Below the pieces are notes generated by a model that saw only the letters and a list, made by a program, of their open reading frames with translations, was not told where the DNA came from and searched no databases. Below, piece after piece: positions 39,882 through 49,752 of a DNA stretch of 64,000 bases. The position numbers and the translations under genes were made by a program. This stretch comes from an uncultured Chloroflexia bacterium (GTDB taxonomy: Bacteria; Chloroflexota; Limnocylindria; Limnocylindrales; CSP1-4): positions 160,001 through 224,000 of the forward strand of contig CAVYIM010000005.1 in assembly GCA_963768655.1 (NCBI GenBank). The letters are read 5' to 3'. How positions within the stretch are numbered: the first letter of the stretch is position 1; the number at the start of each line of letters is the position of its first letter.

Positions 39882-41207
39882 TCACCATTCGTGAGGGTTG
39901 ATGATGAGCCCGGTGAGGGCCTTTGGGTAGAAGTAGGTCGATTTCTGGGGCATGACGTCACCGTCCGTCGCGACGGCCGCGATCTCCGCCACGGGAGTGG
40001 GGTCGAGCAGGAACGCCATGTCGGCGCCTTCGTGGGCCACGTCCACCCAGTCGAGCGCCTCGCGCACGGATTTCGTGTAGGCCAGCCGGCCCGCGGCGAT
40101 CGCCTCTCGATCGATCTTCGAAAGCCTGTCCAGCGCGGTCTGCAGGAGCGTCACGTCAAGCCGGCGCAGAGCCGCTCCGCCGGACGGCAGGAACCTGGCA
40201 AACGCGTCGCGTCGGGCGCGAAGAATGGCGCCCCCCTGACGCGTCCAGAGCCCGAACCTGCCCTCGCCGCCGGGAGACCTGTCGACTGAAGCGAATGCCT
40301 TCGCCAGCTCGGCGCGCGCCGCGACGAGCTCCACGTCGAACAGCTCCGGAGCACGGGACAGGAAGTTGGCCACGCCGGCGTCGCCGAGGTAACGCACGAT
40401 CCGGTGGGTCGGCAGGACGGTCAGCTTCTGATGCGAAGTCTCGAGAAACAGCATCAGGACGTAGTCAGAGGCCGGGTCCGACTCGCCGGTCCGGTTGGCG
40501 CGCCGCTCGTCGCGGTAGCGGATCGCCGTCTCGTAGCGGTGGTGGCCGTCGGCGATCGTGATCGGATCGCGGCCGGCAGCGGCCAGGAGGTCGCGGACCT
40601 TATCTGCGAAGGGCCCGTTCGCGGTCACGGCCCAGACGCGATGGCGAACGCCGTCGTCGTCGATCACGTCGATGTCCGCGGGTGTGGCCGCGATGGCTTT
40701 CATCGACCTCATCGATGCCCCCCGTCGATCGGCGTACAGCCCCACCACGGGGCTCGTATTGACGCTGGTCGCCCTCATCAGCCTGTAGCGGTCCTCTTTC
40801 GGGGCCGAAAGGGTCCGTTCATGCGGCAGGACGCCGGCGCCGGGCCCGAAGGTTTCGAGCTTGAGGCGGCCGAAGAAGCCCAGCTGACTTCGGTGTCGCC
40901 TGGTCCCCGGAACCGCATAGGTCTGCTCGTAGACGTAGACGCCCGGGTAGCGGTCCTTGTGGAGAGTGCCGTCTTCACGCCACTGCGTCAGGAGCCTGCC
41001 GGCTCGCCTGTAGCGATCCTCCGGCTCATCTCGGGGCTGCGCCTCCGGCAGGTCGATGCGGACGGCGTTGCGCGAGCTGCGGCGCAGCAGCTGCTCGTGC
41101 AGTTCCGGCCCGATCACGTCGTACGGAGGGCAGACGACGGCATTCAGGTCGCCCGCGACCTTGGGGTCGAACCGAAGCGCGCGAAATGGTCGGATCTCAG
41201 GCACCAT
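39882..41207 (-). CDS. DUF1015 family protein
   Basis: PPYDVI, PHERT, IADGHHRY, MPQKSTYFYPK. Confidence 0.93.
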   Translation of the reverse strand: MVPEIRPFRALRFDPKVAGDLNAVVCPPYDVIGPELHEQLLRRSSRNAVRIDLPEAQPRDEPEDRYRRAGRLLTQWREDGTLHKDRYPGVYVYEQTYAVPGTRRHRSQLGFFGRLKLETFGPGAGVLPHERTLSAPKEDRYRLMRATSVNTSPVVGLYADRRGASMRSMKAIAATPADIDVIDDDGVRHRVWAVTANGPFADKVRDLLAAAGRDPITIADGHHRYETAIRYRDERRANRTGESDPASDYVLMLFLETSHQKLTVLPTHRIVRYLGDAGVANFLSRAPELFDVELVAARAELAKAFASVDRSPGGEGRFGLWTRQGGAILRARRDAFARFLPSGGAALRRLDVTLLQTALDRLSKIDREAIAAGRLAYTKSVREALDWVDVAHEGADMAFLLDPTPVAEIAAVATDGDVMPQKSTYFYPKALTGLIINPHEW

Positions 41208-41437
41208 TGCTCCTAGAAAGGCCGCTGTGGCCGACTGCCGCTCACCGGCGACCGCACGGCTCTCCGAACCGGCGATTATCGACGGGAACAACCGGATCGT
41301 AAGGTAAGCGAGCGCTTTGGGCCACTCCGGGCTGCCAGATCCGCCGTTCCGGCGAGCGCCGATCCAGCCACGACAGCCCCTTCCGGGGCCCGCCGGATGG
41401 CGGTGCAGGTTTTGGCGTTCGCTGCTACTTTTCAGAT

Positions 41438-42316
41438 ATGCACCATGATCGGACCGTGCATGCGGAGTTGCCGGCCCAGGACACCGCCGCCCCGAAGCGC
41501 GACCAGGCCGTCGTGACGGCCGCCTCGACGGCGAGACCTGCTCCAGCGACCGCCTACGCCACGGCCGTGGCCGCCGCCCTGGGCGGCGCCCAGTTCGAGC
41601 ACGGCACCGACGCCGATATGATCGAGCGCCGCGTCCGGACGGCGAACCCGCTCGTCACGCCTTCGCCGGGACCCGGCGCCTCATCGACGCTGCGCCGCGA
41701 CGTCCTCTACGCCCTGCGGACGGGCGGACCCGCCTCTCCGGATCAGATCGCCGATCGCGTCGGGGCGAGCCGAACCGGCGTCCTGCAGCAGCTTCGAACC
41801 CTGGAGACCGGTGGGCTGGTCACGCGCAGCCTGAGCCGCCACGGAGTCGGCCGGCCGCGCCACGTGTACGACCTCACGCCGGCGGCGCAGGAGCTCTTCC
41901 CCGCCAACTACGGGGCGCTGACACAGTCAATTCTCACCGCCATACACACCGTCGGCGGCGACGAACTGATCGCGGAGGTCTTCGAGGCTCGCCGCCAGAT
42001 CCTTCGGGCGCGGATCAGCCGCCGAATAGAGGAGCGGCTGCCGGCCGACGCGTCGCTCTGGGAGAAAGTCAAAGAAGTGGCGAGCTACGAGGACGACACC
42101 GGATACCTCGGCAGGGCCACTCAGGACGACGACGGAACGATCCGCTTGTGCGAGCACAACTGCGCGATCTACGGCGTCGCGGGCGCCTACCAGATAGCGT
42201 GCGCGGCCGAGCTGCAGCTCTTTGGCGAGGTGCTCGGCGCGAAGGTCACGCGCGAATGCCACATCGCCACGGGCGGTCGGAGCTGCACCTACCTGATCGA
42301 ACCGGCGGACGGCTAG
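41438..42316 (+). CDS. winged-HTH transcriptional regulator, SufR-like with C-terminal Cys ligands
   Basis: HTH plus GVGRPRHVY; EHNCAI..C..E..C. Confidence 0.85.
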   Translation: MHHDRTVHAELPAQDTAAPKRDQAVVTAASTARPAPATAYATAVAAALGGAQFEHGTDADMIERRVRTANPLVTPSPGPGASSTLRRDVLYALRTGGPASPDQIADRVGASRTGVLQQLRTLETGGLVTRSLSRHGVGRPRHVYDLTPAAQELFPANYGALTQSILTAIHTVGGDELIAEVFEARRQILRARISRRIEERLPADASLWEKVKEVASYEDDTGYLGRATQDDDGTIRLCEHNCAIYGVAGAYQIACAAELQLFGEVLGAKVTRECHIATGGRSCTYLIEPADG

Positions 42317-42404
42317 GACGACCTTCCGCGCGCTCTCACACCGCGGGCCCTGCGTCGCTCGCGACGGGCGTGGGCCGCCCGGCTACGGTAGAAGCTCGCC
42401 GCCC

Positions 42405-43460
42405 CTACGCCTCTTCCCGCTCGACTTCCTGGCGCGTGGCCGGTTCAACGACTGCCGCCGTAACGGCGGCGACACGCGGCACGAACGATGCCGCCAGCGA
42501 GGTCTCAGCCGCGCGGACCTGCTCCTCGTAGGAGAGGATTCCCAGCCGCCCCAGCGTCGCCAGCTCGTCGCGTATATAGGTTCGCAGCATCTCGGGGCCG
42601 TCGGTGCTGATGGCGTAGCGAACCTCGTTGCGGCGGAACTGCTCGAAGATCCAGCGGAACTCCTCCCAGCTCGATACGACCTCCGTCTGCAGGTTCGAGG
42701 TGGGGCAGATCTCGAGGACGATCCCGCGCTCACGCAGCATGGCCATCGTCCCGGGATCGTACGCGGCCTTGACGCCGTGCCCTATGCGGTCGGGCTCGAG
42801 CTGCTCGATCACCTCCGCTATCTCCTCTACGGGCCCCAATTCGCCGACGTGGACCGTGGTTCCCAGCCCGAAACGGCGGGCGCGCCTGAAGAGCGAGCTG
42901 TAGTCGGCCACCCGGAATCCACCGAATTCGGGGCCCGCGATGTCGATCCCGACGATGCCTCGGTCGTGCCACGCGATGGCCTTCTCGGCGATGATCTCGT
43001 TCAGCTCGAATGGGAAGGCGCGGTCCAGGCAGAGGATGATCCCGGGCCGGATCGGGTACTCGAGCATGGCCCGGTCCATGCCTCGCAGCGCGGCCGCGAG
43101 GATGTGGTCCAGATCCTGTTCTCCGCCCCTGTTCCGCTTCATCGGATTGAAGCGCAGCTCAGTGGTCGTGACGTTGTTCTTGCGGTATGCGCCGCCCACG
43201 ACCTCGTAGACGGAGCGCTCCATGGCCAGCGGCGAGGACTGGATCAGCTCGGTCCAGTGGAACAGGTGCAGGTAGCCGTCGAAGGAGTGGCCACGGGTCG
43301 GGGAGGCGGTGATCATGTCCCGGAACTGCCAGTAGTCCTTGGTCGGGAGCTTGATCCCCTGGTCGTGGGCGATGCCCCACATGACGGCGGGCGTGACGGC
43401 GCTGCCGAGGTGGCAGTGCAATTCGGCGAGCGGCGTCCGGCGTGGCAGCTGGCGGGTCAT
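42405..43460 (-). CDS. add: adenosine deaminase
   Basis: ELHCHLG, ELRFNP, HVGE, RIGHG, CPTSN, STDGP. Confidence 0.88.
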   Translation of the reverse strand: MTRQLPRRTPLAELHCHLGSAVTPAVMWGIAHDQGIKLPTKDYWQFRDMITASPTRGHSFDGYLHLFHWTELIQSSPLAMERSVYEVVGGAYRKNNVTTTELRFNPMKRNRGGEQDLDHILAAALRGMDRAMLEYPIRPGIILCLDRAFPFELNEIIAEKAIAWHDRGIVGIDIAGPEFGGFRVADYSSLFRRARRFGLGTTVHVGELGPVEEIAEVIEQLEPDRIGHGVKAAYDPGTMAMLRERGIVLEICPTSNLQTEVVSSWEEFRWIFEQFRRNEVRYAISTDGPEMLRTYIRDELATLGRLGILSYEEQVRAAETSLAASFVPRVAAVTAAVVEPATRQEVEREEA

Positions 43461-43560
43461 GGCGCAGAGCATATTCCTTCGAACGCCGACCGCCAGCGCT
43501 GCTCGCCAGCTTTGCTCGCCGGCCGGTCCGGCGGGCCGTGGCGTCGCAGTTGCCCCCGCC

Positions 43561-43597
43561 TTGCAGGCAATCGCTCCCGCGGCTACGCTGCGGCAAC
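43561..43597 (+). promoter_or_regulatory. sigma70-type promoter, duplicated at 44766-44802
   Basis: TTGCAG-17-TACGCT and TTGCGC-17-TACGCT, both within ggctacgctgcg(g/c)caac. Confidence 0.6.
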
Positions 43598-43668
43598 CTG
43601 ACACCGAGATACCCGTCGTGGGTCGACGGCAAGCAATATCGGGAGACCCGGAGAGGATGGGGGCGGTC

Positions 43669-44640
43669 ATGACTTCGCCCAAGCTGCGCATCACGAGCCT
43701 GCTGGCGGCGGCCGCGATTGCGATCGGCGCTTGCGGCCACACGACGGTCACGCCCAGCCCGGCTCCGACTCCGGTCGTGACGCCCGCGCCGAGCCCGACC
43801 CCGACGCCGACCCCCACTCCAACTCCAACTCCAACGCCGGCGCCGACTCAGCTGATCGTGGCGTCGCTCCCCGCCGACCAGCTCGTCTCTGCCGGACGTC
43901 TGACCGTTTGCTCTGACGACACGAACATGCCCCAGGAGTCGCTCGATGCGTCGGGCAAGTCCGTCGGCTCCGACGTCGACCTTGCTGCTGAGATCGCCAC
44001 GAGGCTCGGACTCAATCTCGTGATCCTGAACACGGCCTCGGCCAAGATCCTCGCCGCCCTGGCCGGCGGGCAATGCGACATCAGCATCTCTGCCCAGATC
44101 ATCACGCCGGCCGAGCTCACGAAGGTCGACATGATCCCTTACTTCCAGGCCGGCCAGAGTCTTGTCGTCGCCAAAGGCAATCCGGCCGGCATCAACACGA
44201 CGTACGACCTGTGCAACAAGACCGTCGCCGTCACGAAGGGCAGCCCCGAAGCCAACCACATCAACGGCGTCGGCCCATACACTCCGGCCAGGGGGCTGAA
44301 TGCCAACTGCCAGGCAGCGCACCTGAGTCCGATAGTCGTCAAGACCTACGGCAGCGACATCTCTGCGCTCGCTGCCCTGACGGCCGGCAAGGTCGCGGCC
44401 TTCTTCACCGCCTCGCCCATCGCCGGCTACGACGTCCTGTCGCAGCCCGACCAGCTCGATCTGGTTCCGGGCCTCATCCTCGACAGCGCCACAGAAGGCA
44501 TCAGCCTGACCAGGAACCGGGGCGACCTGTACGCGGCCGTCCGGCTGGCCCTCCAGTCGATGATCGACGACGGCACGTATCTCCAGATCCTGACCAAGTA
44601 CGGTGTCCAGGCGGGGGCCGTGGCGTCGACGCTCTCATAG
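43669..44640 (+). CDS. ABC transporter substrate-binding lipoprotein (family 3), divergent paralog
   Basis: Lipobox IGAC, PT linker, GSDVDLA, MIPYFQAGQ, DGTYLQILTKYG. Confidence 0.9.
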   Translation: MTSPKLRITSLLAAAAIAIGACGHTTVTPSPAPTPVVTPAPSPTPTPTPTPTPTPTPAPTQLIVASLPADQLVSAGRLTVCSDDTNMPQESLDASGKSVGSDVDLAAEIATRLGLNLVILNTASAKILAALAGGQCDISISAQIITPAELTKVDMIPYFQAGQSLVVAKGNPAGINTTYDLCNKTVAVTKGSPEANHINGVGPYTPARGLNANCQAAHLSPIVVKTYGSDISALAALTAGKVAAFFTASPIAGYDVLSQPDQLDLVPGLILDSATEGISLTRNRGDLYAAVRLALQSMIDDGTYLQILTKYGVQAGAVASTLS

Positions 44641-44873
44641 CCCGGGCTGCCGGCCGTGCCGTAGATCGCTCGGCCGGTTCCGCCGCCAATGAGCCTTGAC
44701 GGCGCTCACCGAGCGCGGAGGGCGCGATCCGCAACCTGTCCGCAACCGTGGATGTCGTGGGCGTCTTGCGCGCTACCGCCCCTGAGGCTACGCTGCGCCA
44801 ACAGATCCCAAGAGCAGGCCGACGGGGTGGACGGCAGGCTGCGGTGGGACCCCAGGAGGAATGGAGGTTACTC

Positions 44874-45860
44874 GTGATCTCATCTCGACTCCGCATCGCC
44901 GGTGTCCTAGCCGCGGCGGCAATCGTCGTCGGCGCCTGCTCGGCTGCCGCCACACCGGTGCCGACACCAGCCCCGACCGTGGCCCCGACACCGACCGCAG
45001 TCGTCGGGCCGACCGGCACTCCGGCTCCGACCGCGACTCCCGCCCCGACCGCGACTCCCGCCCCGACGCAAGTGATCGTCGGAACCGTGCCGCCCGATCA
45101 ACTCGTGGACGCCGGACACCTGACGATCTGCTCCGACATCCCCTACCCGCCGCAGGAATTCTTCGACGCGAACGGCGACCCGACGGGCTCGGACATCGAC
45201 ATCGGCGGTGAGATCGCCGCCCGGCTCGGCCTCAAGCTGTCGGTCCAGAACACCGTGTTCGACACGATCATCGCCGCCCTCCAGGGCAACAAGTGCGACA
45301 TCATCATCTCGGCCCAGAACATCACCCCTGACCGCCTCAAGCAGGTCGACATGATCCCGTACTTCCACGCCGGCCAGTCGTTCGTGGTCGCCAAGGGCAA
45401 CCCGACCGGCATCGCGACCGCCATGGATCTGTGCGGCAAGTCGGTCGGCGTCGAGGACGGTACGACCGAGGAAGGCCACCTCAACGGGACGGGCGACTAC
45501 AAGGCCTCCGACGGGCTGAGCAACCAGTGCGTCGCAGCCGGCAAGGCGAAGATCGACGTCCAGCCCTTTACGAAGGACAGTGACGCCCTCCTTGCCCTTC
45601 AGTCCGGCAAGGTCGCGGCCTACTTCACCGACTCCCCCGTCGCCGGCTACTACACGGTTCAGCAGCCCACGCTGTTCCAGGTCGTTCCCAACCTCATCCT
45701 CGACGATGTCAACGAAGGCATCAGCGTCAGCAAGTCAAACACGGCCCTCGAGGCGTCCGTCAAGGCCGCCCTACAGTCGATGATCGACGACGGCACGTAC
45801 GTCCAGATCCTGACGAAGTACGGTGTCCAGGCGGACGCCGTCACATCCACCAACTCCTAG
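44874..45860 (+). CDS. polar amino-acid ABC transporter substrate-binding lipoprotein
   Basis: Lipobox VGAC, SDIPYPPQE, ITPDR, DGTYVQILTKYG. Confidence 0.92.
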   Translation: MISSRLRIAGVLAAAAIVVGACSAAATPVPTPAPTVAPTPTAVVGPTGTPAPTATPAPTATPAPTQVIVGTVPPDQLVDAGHLTICSDIPYPPQEFFDANGDPTGSDIDIGGEIAARLGLKLSVQNTVFDTIIAALQGNKCDIIISAQNITPDRLKQVDMIPYFHAGQSFVVAKGNPTGIATAMDLCGKSVGVEDGTTEEGHLNGTGDYKASDGLSNQCVAAGKAKIDVQPFTKDSDALLALQSGKVAAYFTDSPVAGYYTVQQPTLFQVVPNLILDDVNEGISVSKSNTALEASVKAALQSMIDDGTYVQILTKYGVQADAVTSTNS

Positions 45861-45881
45861 TTCCGCCATACGCGCGACCCG

Positions 45882-46790
45882 ATGAGCGCGCTGCGCATTC
45901 GAGGCATCCGGCCGGCCGCGCTGGTCGGATGCCTCGTGCTCCTTGGTCTGATCGTGGCCGGCTGCTCGAGCAGCGGGTCACAGAGCTTCCAATTCGACGC
46001 GAACGTCTTCCTGGATGACCTCAACCCGACCTCGCCGGGCGTGGTCGGCGTGCTCTACCTGACAATCATCATTTCTGTGGTCGCCCAGGTGCTCGGCGTC
46101 CTGCTCGGCGTCCTTGCCGCGCTCGGCAAGATGGCTCGCATCCTGCCGCTACGGGTCATCGCGAACGTCTACATCTGGTTCTTCCGCGGTACGCCGCTGC
46201 TCGTCCAACTCGCCTTCTTCTACTTCGGGTTCGGGGCAGCCCACCTTTGGGGCTGGAGTAACGTCACCGTCTTCGGGTTCTTCATTCCCGGAGCGATCCA
46301 GGCGGCCATGGTGATCCTCGGCGTGAACGAGGGGGCCTACATGGCCGAGATCATCCGCGCGGGAATCCTGGCCGTCGACCCTGGCCAGACCGAAGCCGCG
46401 AAGTCTCTCGGCATGACCTACCGCCTGACGATGACCCGCATCGTCCTGCCCCAGGCCGCGCGGGTGATCATTCCCCCGCTCGGCAACGAGTTCAACAACA
46501 TGCTCAAGACAACGAGCCTGATATCCGTGCTCGGAGTGGTGGAAACGTACAACCACTACGTGATCCTGCAGGGCAATGACTTCCGGCCGTTCGAGGCCTA
46601 CGCCGCCTGCGCTCTTTGGTTCCTTCTGCTGACAACAATCTGGGGCTTCATCCAGTCCCAGATCGAGATCCGGTTTGCGCGCGGCACGGCCACTGGATCG
46701 TCGGCGGCTCCGGGGCCGGGTTGGCGCACGCGTCTCTTCGGCAGCCGATCTGGGGCGGGCGCTGAGATGGGCGTCCTGGGAGGCCACTGA
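45882..46790 (+). CDS. polar amino-acid ABC transporter permease
   Basis: [22 protein letters not shown] motif, PPLGNEF. Confidence 0.93.
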   Translation: MSALRIRGIRPAALVGCLVLLGLIVAGCSSSGSQSFQFDANVFLDDLNPTSPGVVGVLYLTIIISVVAQVLGVLLGVLAALGKMARILPLRVIANVYIWFFRGTPLLVQLAFFYFGFGAAHLWGWSNVTVFGFFIPGAIQAAMVILGVNEGAYMAEIIRAGILAVDPGQTEAAKSLGMTYRLTMTRIVLPQAARVIIPPLGNEFNNMLKTTSLISVLGVVETYNHYVILQGNDFRPFEAYAACALWFLLLTTIWGFIQSQIEIRFARGTATGSSAAPGPGWRTRLFGSRSGAGAEMGVLGGH

Positions 46791-47620
46791 TGACAACCCC
46801 GAGCGTCAGTAGCAGCCTCCTCGGCGCCATCGGCGGCGTGCCGCGGCCGGCCGTGGACGTGGTCGTCGACGCACGCGACGTCAACAAGTGGTTCGGCCGC
46901 CTGCACGTCCTCCAGGACATCTGCCTCCAGGTCAAGCGCCAGGAGACGGTCGTCATCATCGGCCCGTCCGGGTCGGGCAAGACGACCTTCATCCGCTGTG
47001 TCAACCACCTTGAGAAGATCCAGAGCGGCCGAATCTTTGTCAACGGCCATCTCATCGGCTATCGCGAGGCCGGCGGCGGCAAGAGGCTGGTCGAGGACAA
47101 GGAGAAGAACATCGCCTTGCAGCGCCAGGAGATCGGCATGGTCTTCCAGCGCTTCAATCTCTTCCCCCATATGACCGCCCTCGAGAACATCATCGAGGCG
47201 CCGATCCACGTGCGCGGCATGGACCACGACGAGGCTGTCGTGGTGGGCCGGGCGCTGCTCGAGCGCGTCGGACTGGCGGCCAAGGAGAAGGTCTACCCGA
47301 ACCAGCTTTCCGGTGGCCAGCAGCAGCGCATCGCCATCGCCCGCGCCCTGGCGATGAAGCCCGCCTTGATGCTCTTCGACGAGCCGACCTCCGCCCTCGA
47401 CCCCGAGATGATCGGCGAGGTGCTGGAGGTCATGAAGGAGCTGGCCCGCGAAGGCATGACGATGATCGTGGTCAGCCACGAGATGGGCTTCGCGCGCGAG
47501 GTGGCCAACCGGGTCGTCATGATGGACGACGGCGTGATCGTCGAGGAGGGCACGCCGGATCAGATGTTCAGCTCGCCGACGCAGGACCGCACCAAGGCAT
47601 TCCTCTCGAAGATCCTGTAA
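46790..47620 (+). CDS. polar amino-acid ABC transporter ATP-binding protein
   Basis: [34 protein letters not shown]. Confidence 0.95.
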   Translation: MTTPSVSSSLLGAIGGVPRPAVDVVVDARDVNKWFGRLHVLQDICLQVKRQETVVIIGPSGSGKTTFIRCVNHLEKIQSGRIFVNGHLIGYREAGGGKRLVEDKEKNIALQRQEIGMVFQRFNLFPHMTALENIIEAPIHVRGMDHDEAVVVGRALLERVGLAAKEKVYPNQLSGGQQQRIAIARALAMKPALMLFDEPTSALDPEMIGEVLEVMKELAREGMTMIVVSHEMGFAREVANRVVMMDDGVIVEEGTPDQMFSSPTQDRTKAFLSKIL

Positions 47621-47747
47621 GTCGCGGGGGCGGGCCGGGGCGGCGCGGCGGGAGAGGCGGCGCGGCCGGCGGCGCAGGGCGGGGGCGTGGCGGCGATCCT
47701 ACCTCCGTTCCGAGCGGATCCTCCCCTCTTCATCACCCGGGGCAATG

Positions 47748-48560
47748 CTACGGGGCGGGTCCGCCTCTGAACCCCCTTGCAGGCGGGGCAGAGCCCGCCT
47801 CAGATCCCGAACCTGAGCGTGGAGTCGGCTTCGAGATGCCAGGCTTGCGAGGTCGGATCCGCATCGCTCCGCGCGGGCGTCGCGTTGCATTGCCGGGGGT
47901 GATATCGAGCAGAAACCAGATGCCTCGCAGATCCTGGTCCGGGCTCTTCAGCCAGCGCCGGACGTCGGCGGTCCGAGCCGGCAGGGCCGCGGCGAAGATG
48001 GGGCGGAAACGCTCCACGGCGTTTCGCGCCCATGTTTCGTCGGGCAGCACGAGCACACTTCCGACCACGAGCGGCCTCCAGCCGAGTTTGCGCGCGAGTG
48101 TGGGTGCGAGCCGACGCTTGCGGTCCATCTTGGAGAGCAGATCCTGCAGGTCGACCACCCTGGTCTTCATCTCCAGACAAAGCAGGGCGCAGGTCGCGGG
48201 CTGCCAGGCCAGTACGTCGATGGATCCCCGCTCGCCCCATTCGTTGAAGGTGTGCTCCGGCACGATCTGCCAGCCCATCGCCGTCAGCTGTCGGACGACC
48301 TCGCGGACCATGGCGGCGTGTCGTTCGTCCAGAAGCTTCGCCAGATCGGCGCCGCGCCAGTGCGACACCAGCTCGAGCGATACGCCCAAGGCTCCCGCGA
48401 CCCGTCGAACGAGCCGAAGCGGGGTGCGTTCGAAGCCGCCGCACTCGATCAGCGACACCGTCGGCTGGCTCACCCCCGCTGCAACGGCTACCTGGGCCTG
48501 GCTCATGCCGCGCCTGATCCGCACCGCTCGAATGGCAGAGCCGACCTGGGCGTCATCCAT
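47748..48560 (-). CDS. XRE-family HTH fused to PD-(D/E)xK nuclease domain
   Basis: RGMSQAQVA..GVSQPTVSLIE; PEHTF..GERGSIDVLAW..LEMKT. Confidence 0.82.
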   Translation of the reverse strand: MDDAQVGSAIRAVRIRRGMSQAQVAVAAGVSQPTVSLIECGGFERTPLRLVRRVAGALGVSLELVSHWRGADLAKLLDERHAAMVREVVRQLTAMGWQIVPEHTFNEWGERGSIDVLAWQPATCALLCLEMKTRVVDLQDLLSKMDRKRRLAPTLARKLGWRPLVVGSVLVLPDETWARNAVERFRPIFAAALPARTADVRRWLKSPDQDLRGIWFLLDITPGNATRRPRGAMRIRPRKPGISKPTPRSGSGSEAGSAPPARGFRGGPAP

Positions 48561-48636
48561 GCCAATGAGGATGCCCCGGTCGGCTCAACTGGTGCTTATC
48601 TGGTGGCGCAGCATGCGGCGAACCGCGATCAGCCGC

Positions 48637-49743
48637 CTATTCGGGCCGATAGATGATGCGGCCGTCGGCTGCGATGGTCGGGCCGCGGCGCTGGGTCTCC
48701 GGTGCGGCCGCCGTCCCGGCCACCCGCGCCGCCCGCTCGGCGCGCCGCGCCTCCGCGTCCGGGACCTGGTCGCGGGCGTGGTAGCTCGACCGGACGAGCG
48801 GCCCCGACTCCACGTGGCGAAAGCCCAGCGCCAGCGCCTCCTCGCGCATCTCGGCGAACTCGTCGGGGTGGTAGTAGCGCTCGACGGGGAGGTGCTGCAC
48901 CGAGGGCCGCAGGTACTGGCCAAGGGTCAGGATGTCGCAGTCGACCGCGCGCAGGTCCACGAACGCCCGGTGCAGCTCCGGCCGCGTCTCGCCGAGCCCG
49001 ACCATGATCGACGACTTGGTGTGGACCGCCGGGTGCGGCCCGACCTCGCCGGCCCCGCCCGACGCGGCCGCGAACTCGGCGGCGTATACCTTCGCCCGCT
49101 CGAGAACGCCGAGCGATCGGTCGTATCGAGCCCGCTTCCGGACCGGCTTCTGCAGCCGCGCGACCGTCTCGACGTTGTGATTGAGGATGTCCGGCCCGGC
49201 CGCCATCACGGTTCGGAGCGGCGCCTCCTCTCCGTTGAAGTCGGGGATCAGGACCTCGACGCCCATGCCGGGGCAGGCGTCCCGCAGCCGCCGGATCGTC
49301 TCGGCGAAGACGCTCGCTCCGCCATCGGCCAGGTCGTCGCGGGCGACGCTCGTGACCACGACGTGATCGAGCCCCAGGCCGCGGATGGCTTCCGCGACGC
49401 GGCGGGGCTCGTCCAGGTCGTGAACCGTAGGCTTGCCCGTCTTGATCGCGCAGAACCCGCAGGCCCGCGTGCACACATCCCCGAGAATCATGACCGTGGC
49501 CGTGCGCTGGTCCCAGCACTCTCCGACGTTCGGGCATTGAGCCTCGGCGCAGACGGTGTGCAGCGAGAGACCGTTCAGCAGCCGGCGAACCTCCTGGTAC
49601 GTCTCGCCCGACGGGATCCGGGCCTTGATCCAGTCGGGATGCCGCCGCAGGGGCGCCGACCCATCGACGGCGGCGCCGAACGTGCCGCCGCCCATGGCGA
49701 TCGTGGGCGGCAGGAGGCGCGGGCGCAGGTGCTCGTCGTCCAT
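48637..49743 (-). CDS. lipA: lipoyl synthase
   Basis: CAEAQCPNVGEC, CTRACGFC, TSVARDDL, VRSSY. Confidence 0.97.
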   Translation of the reverse strand: MDDEHLRPRLLPPTIAMGGGTFGAAVDGSAPLRRHPDWIKARIPSGETYQEVRRLLNGLSLHTVCAEAQCPNVGECWDQRTATVMILGDVCTRACGFCAIKTGKPTVHDLDEPRRVAEAIRGLGLDHVVVTSVARDDLADGGASVFAETIRRLRDACPGMGVEVLIPDFNGEEAPLRTVMAAGPDILNHNVETVARLQKPVRKRARYDRSLGVLERAKVYAAEFAAASGGAGEVGPHPAVHTKSSIMVGLGETRPELHRAFVDLRAVDCDILTLGQYLRPSVQHLPVERYYHPDEFAEMREEALALGFRHVESGPLVRSSYHARDQVPDAEARRAERAARVAGTAAAPETQRRGPTIAADGRIIYRPE

Positions 49744-49752
49744 CGTTCGAGT

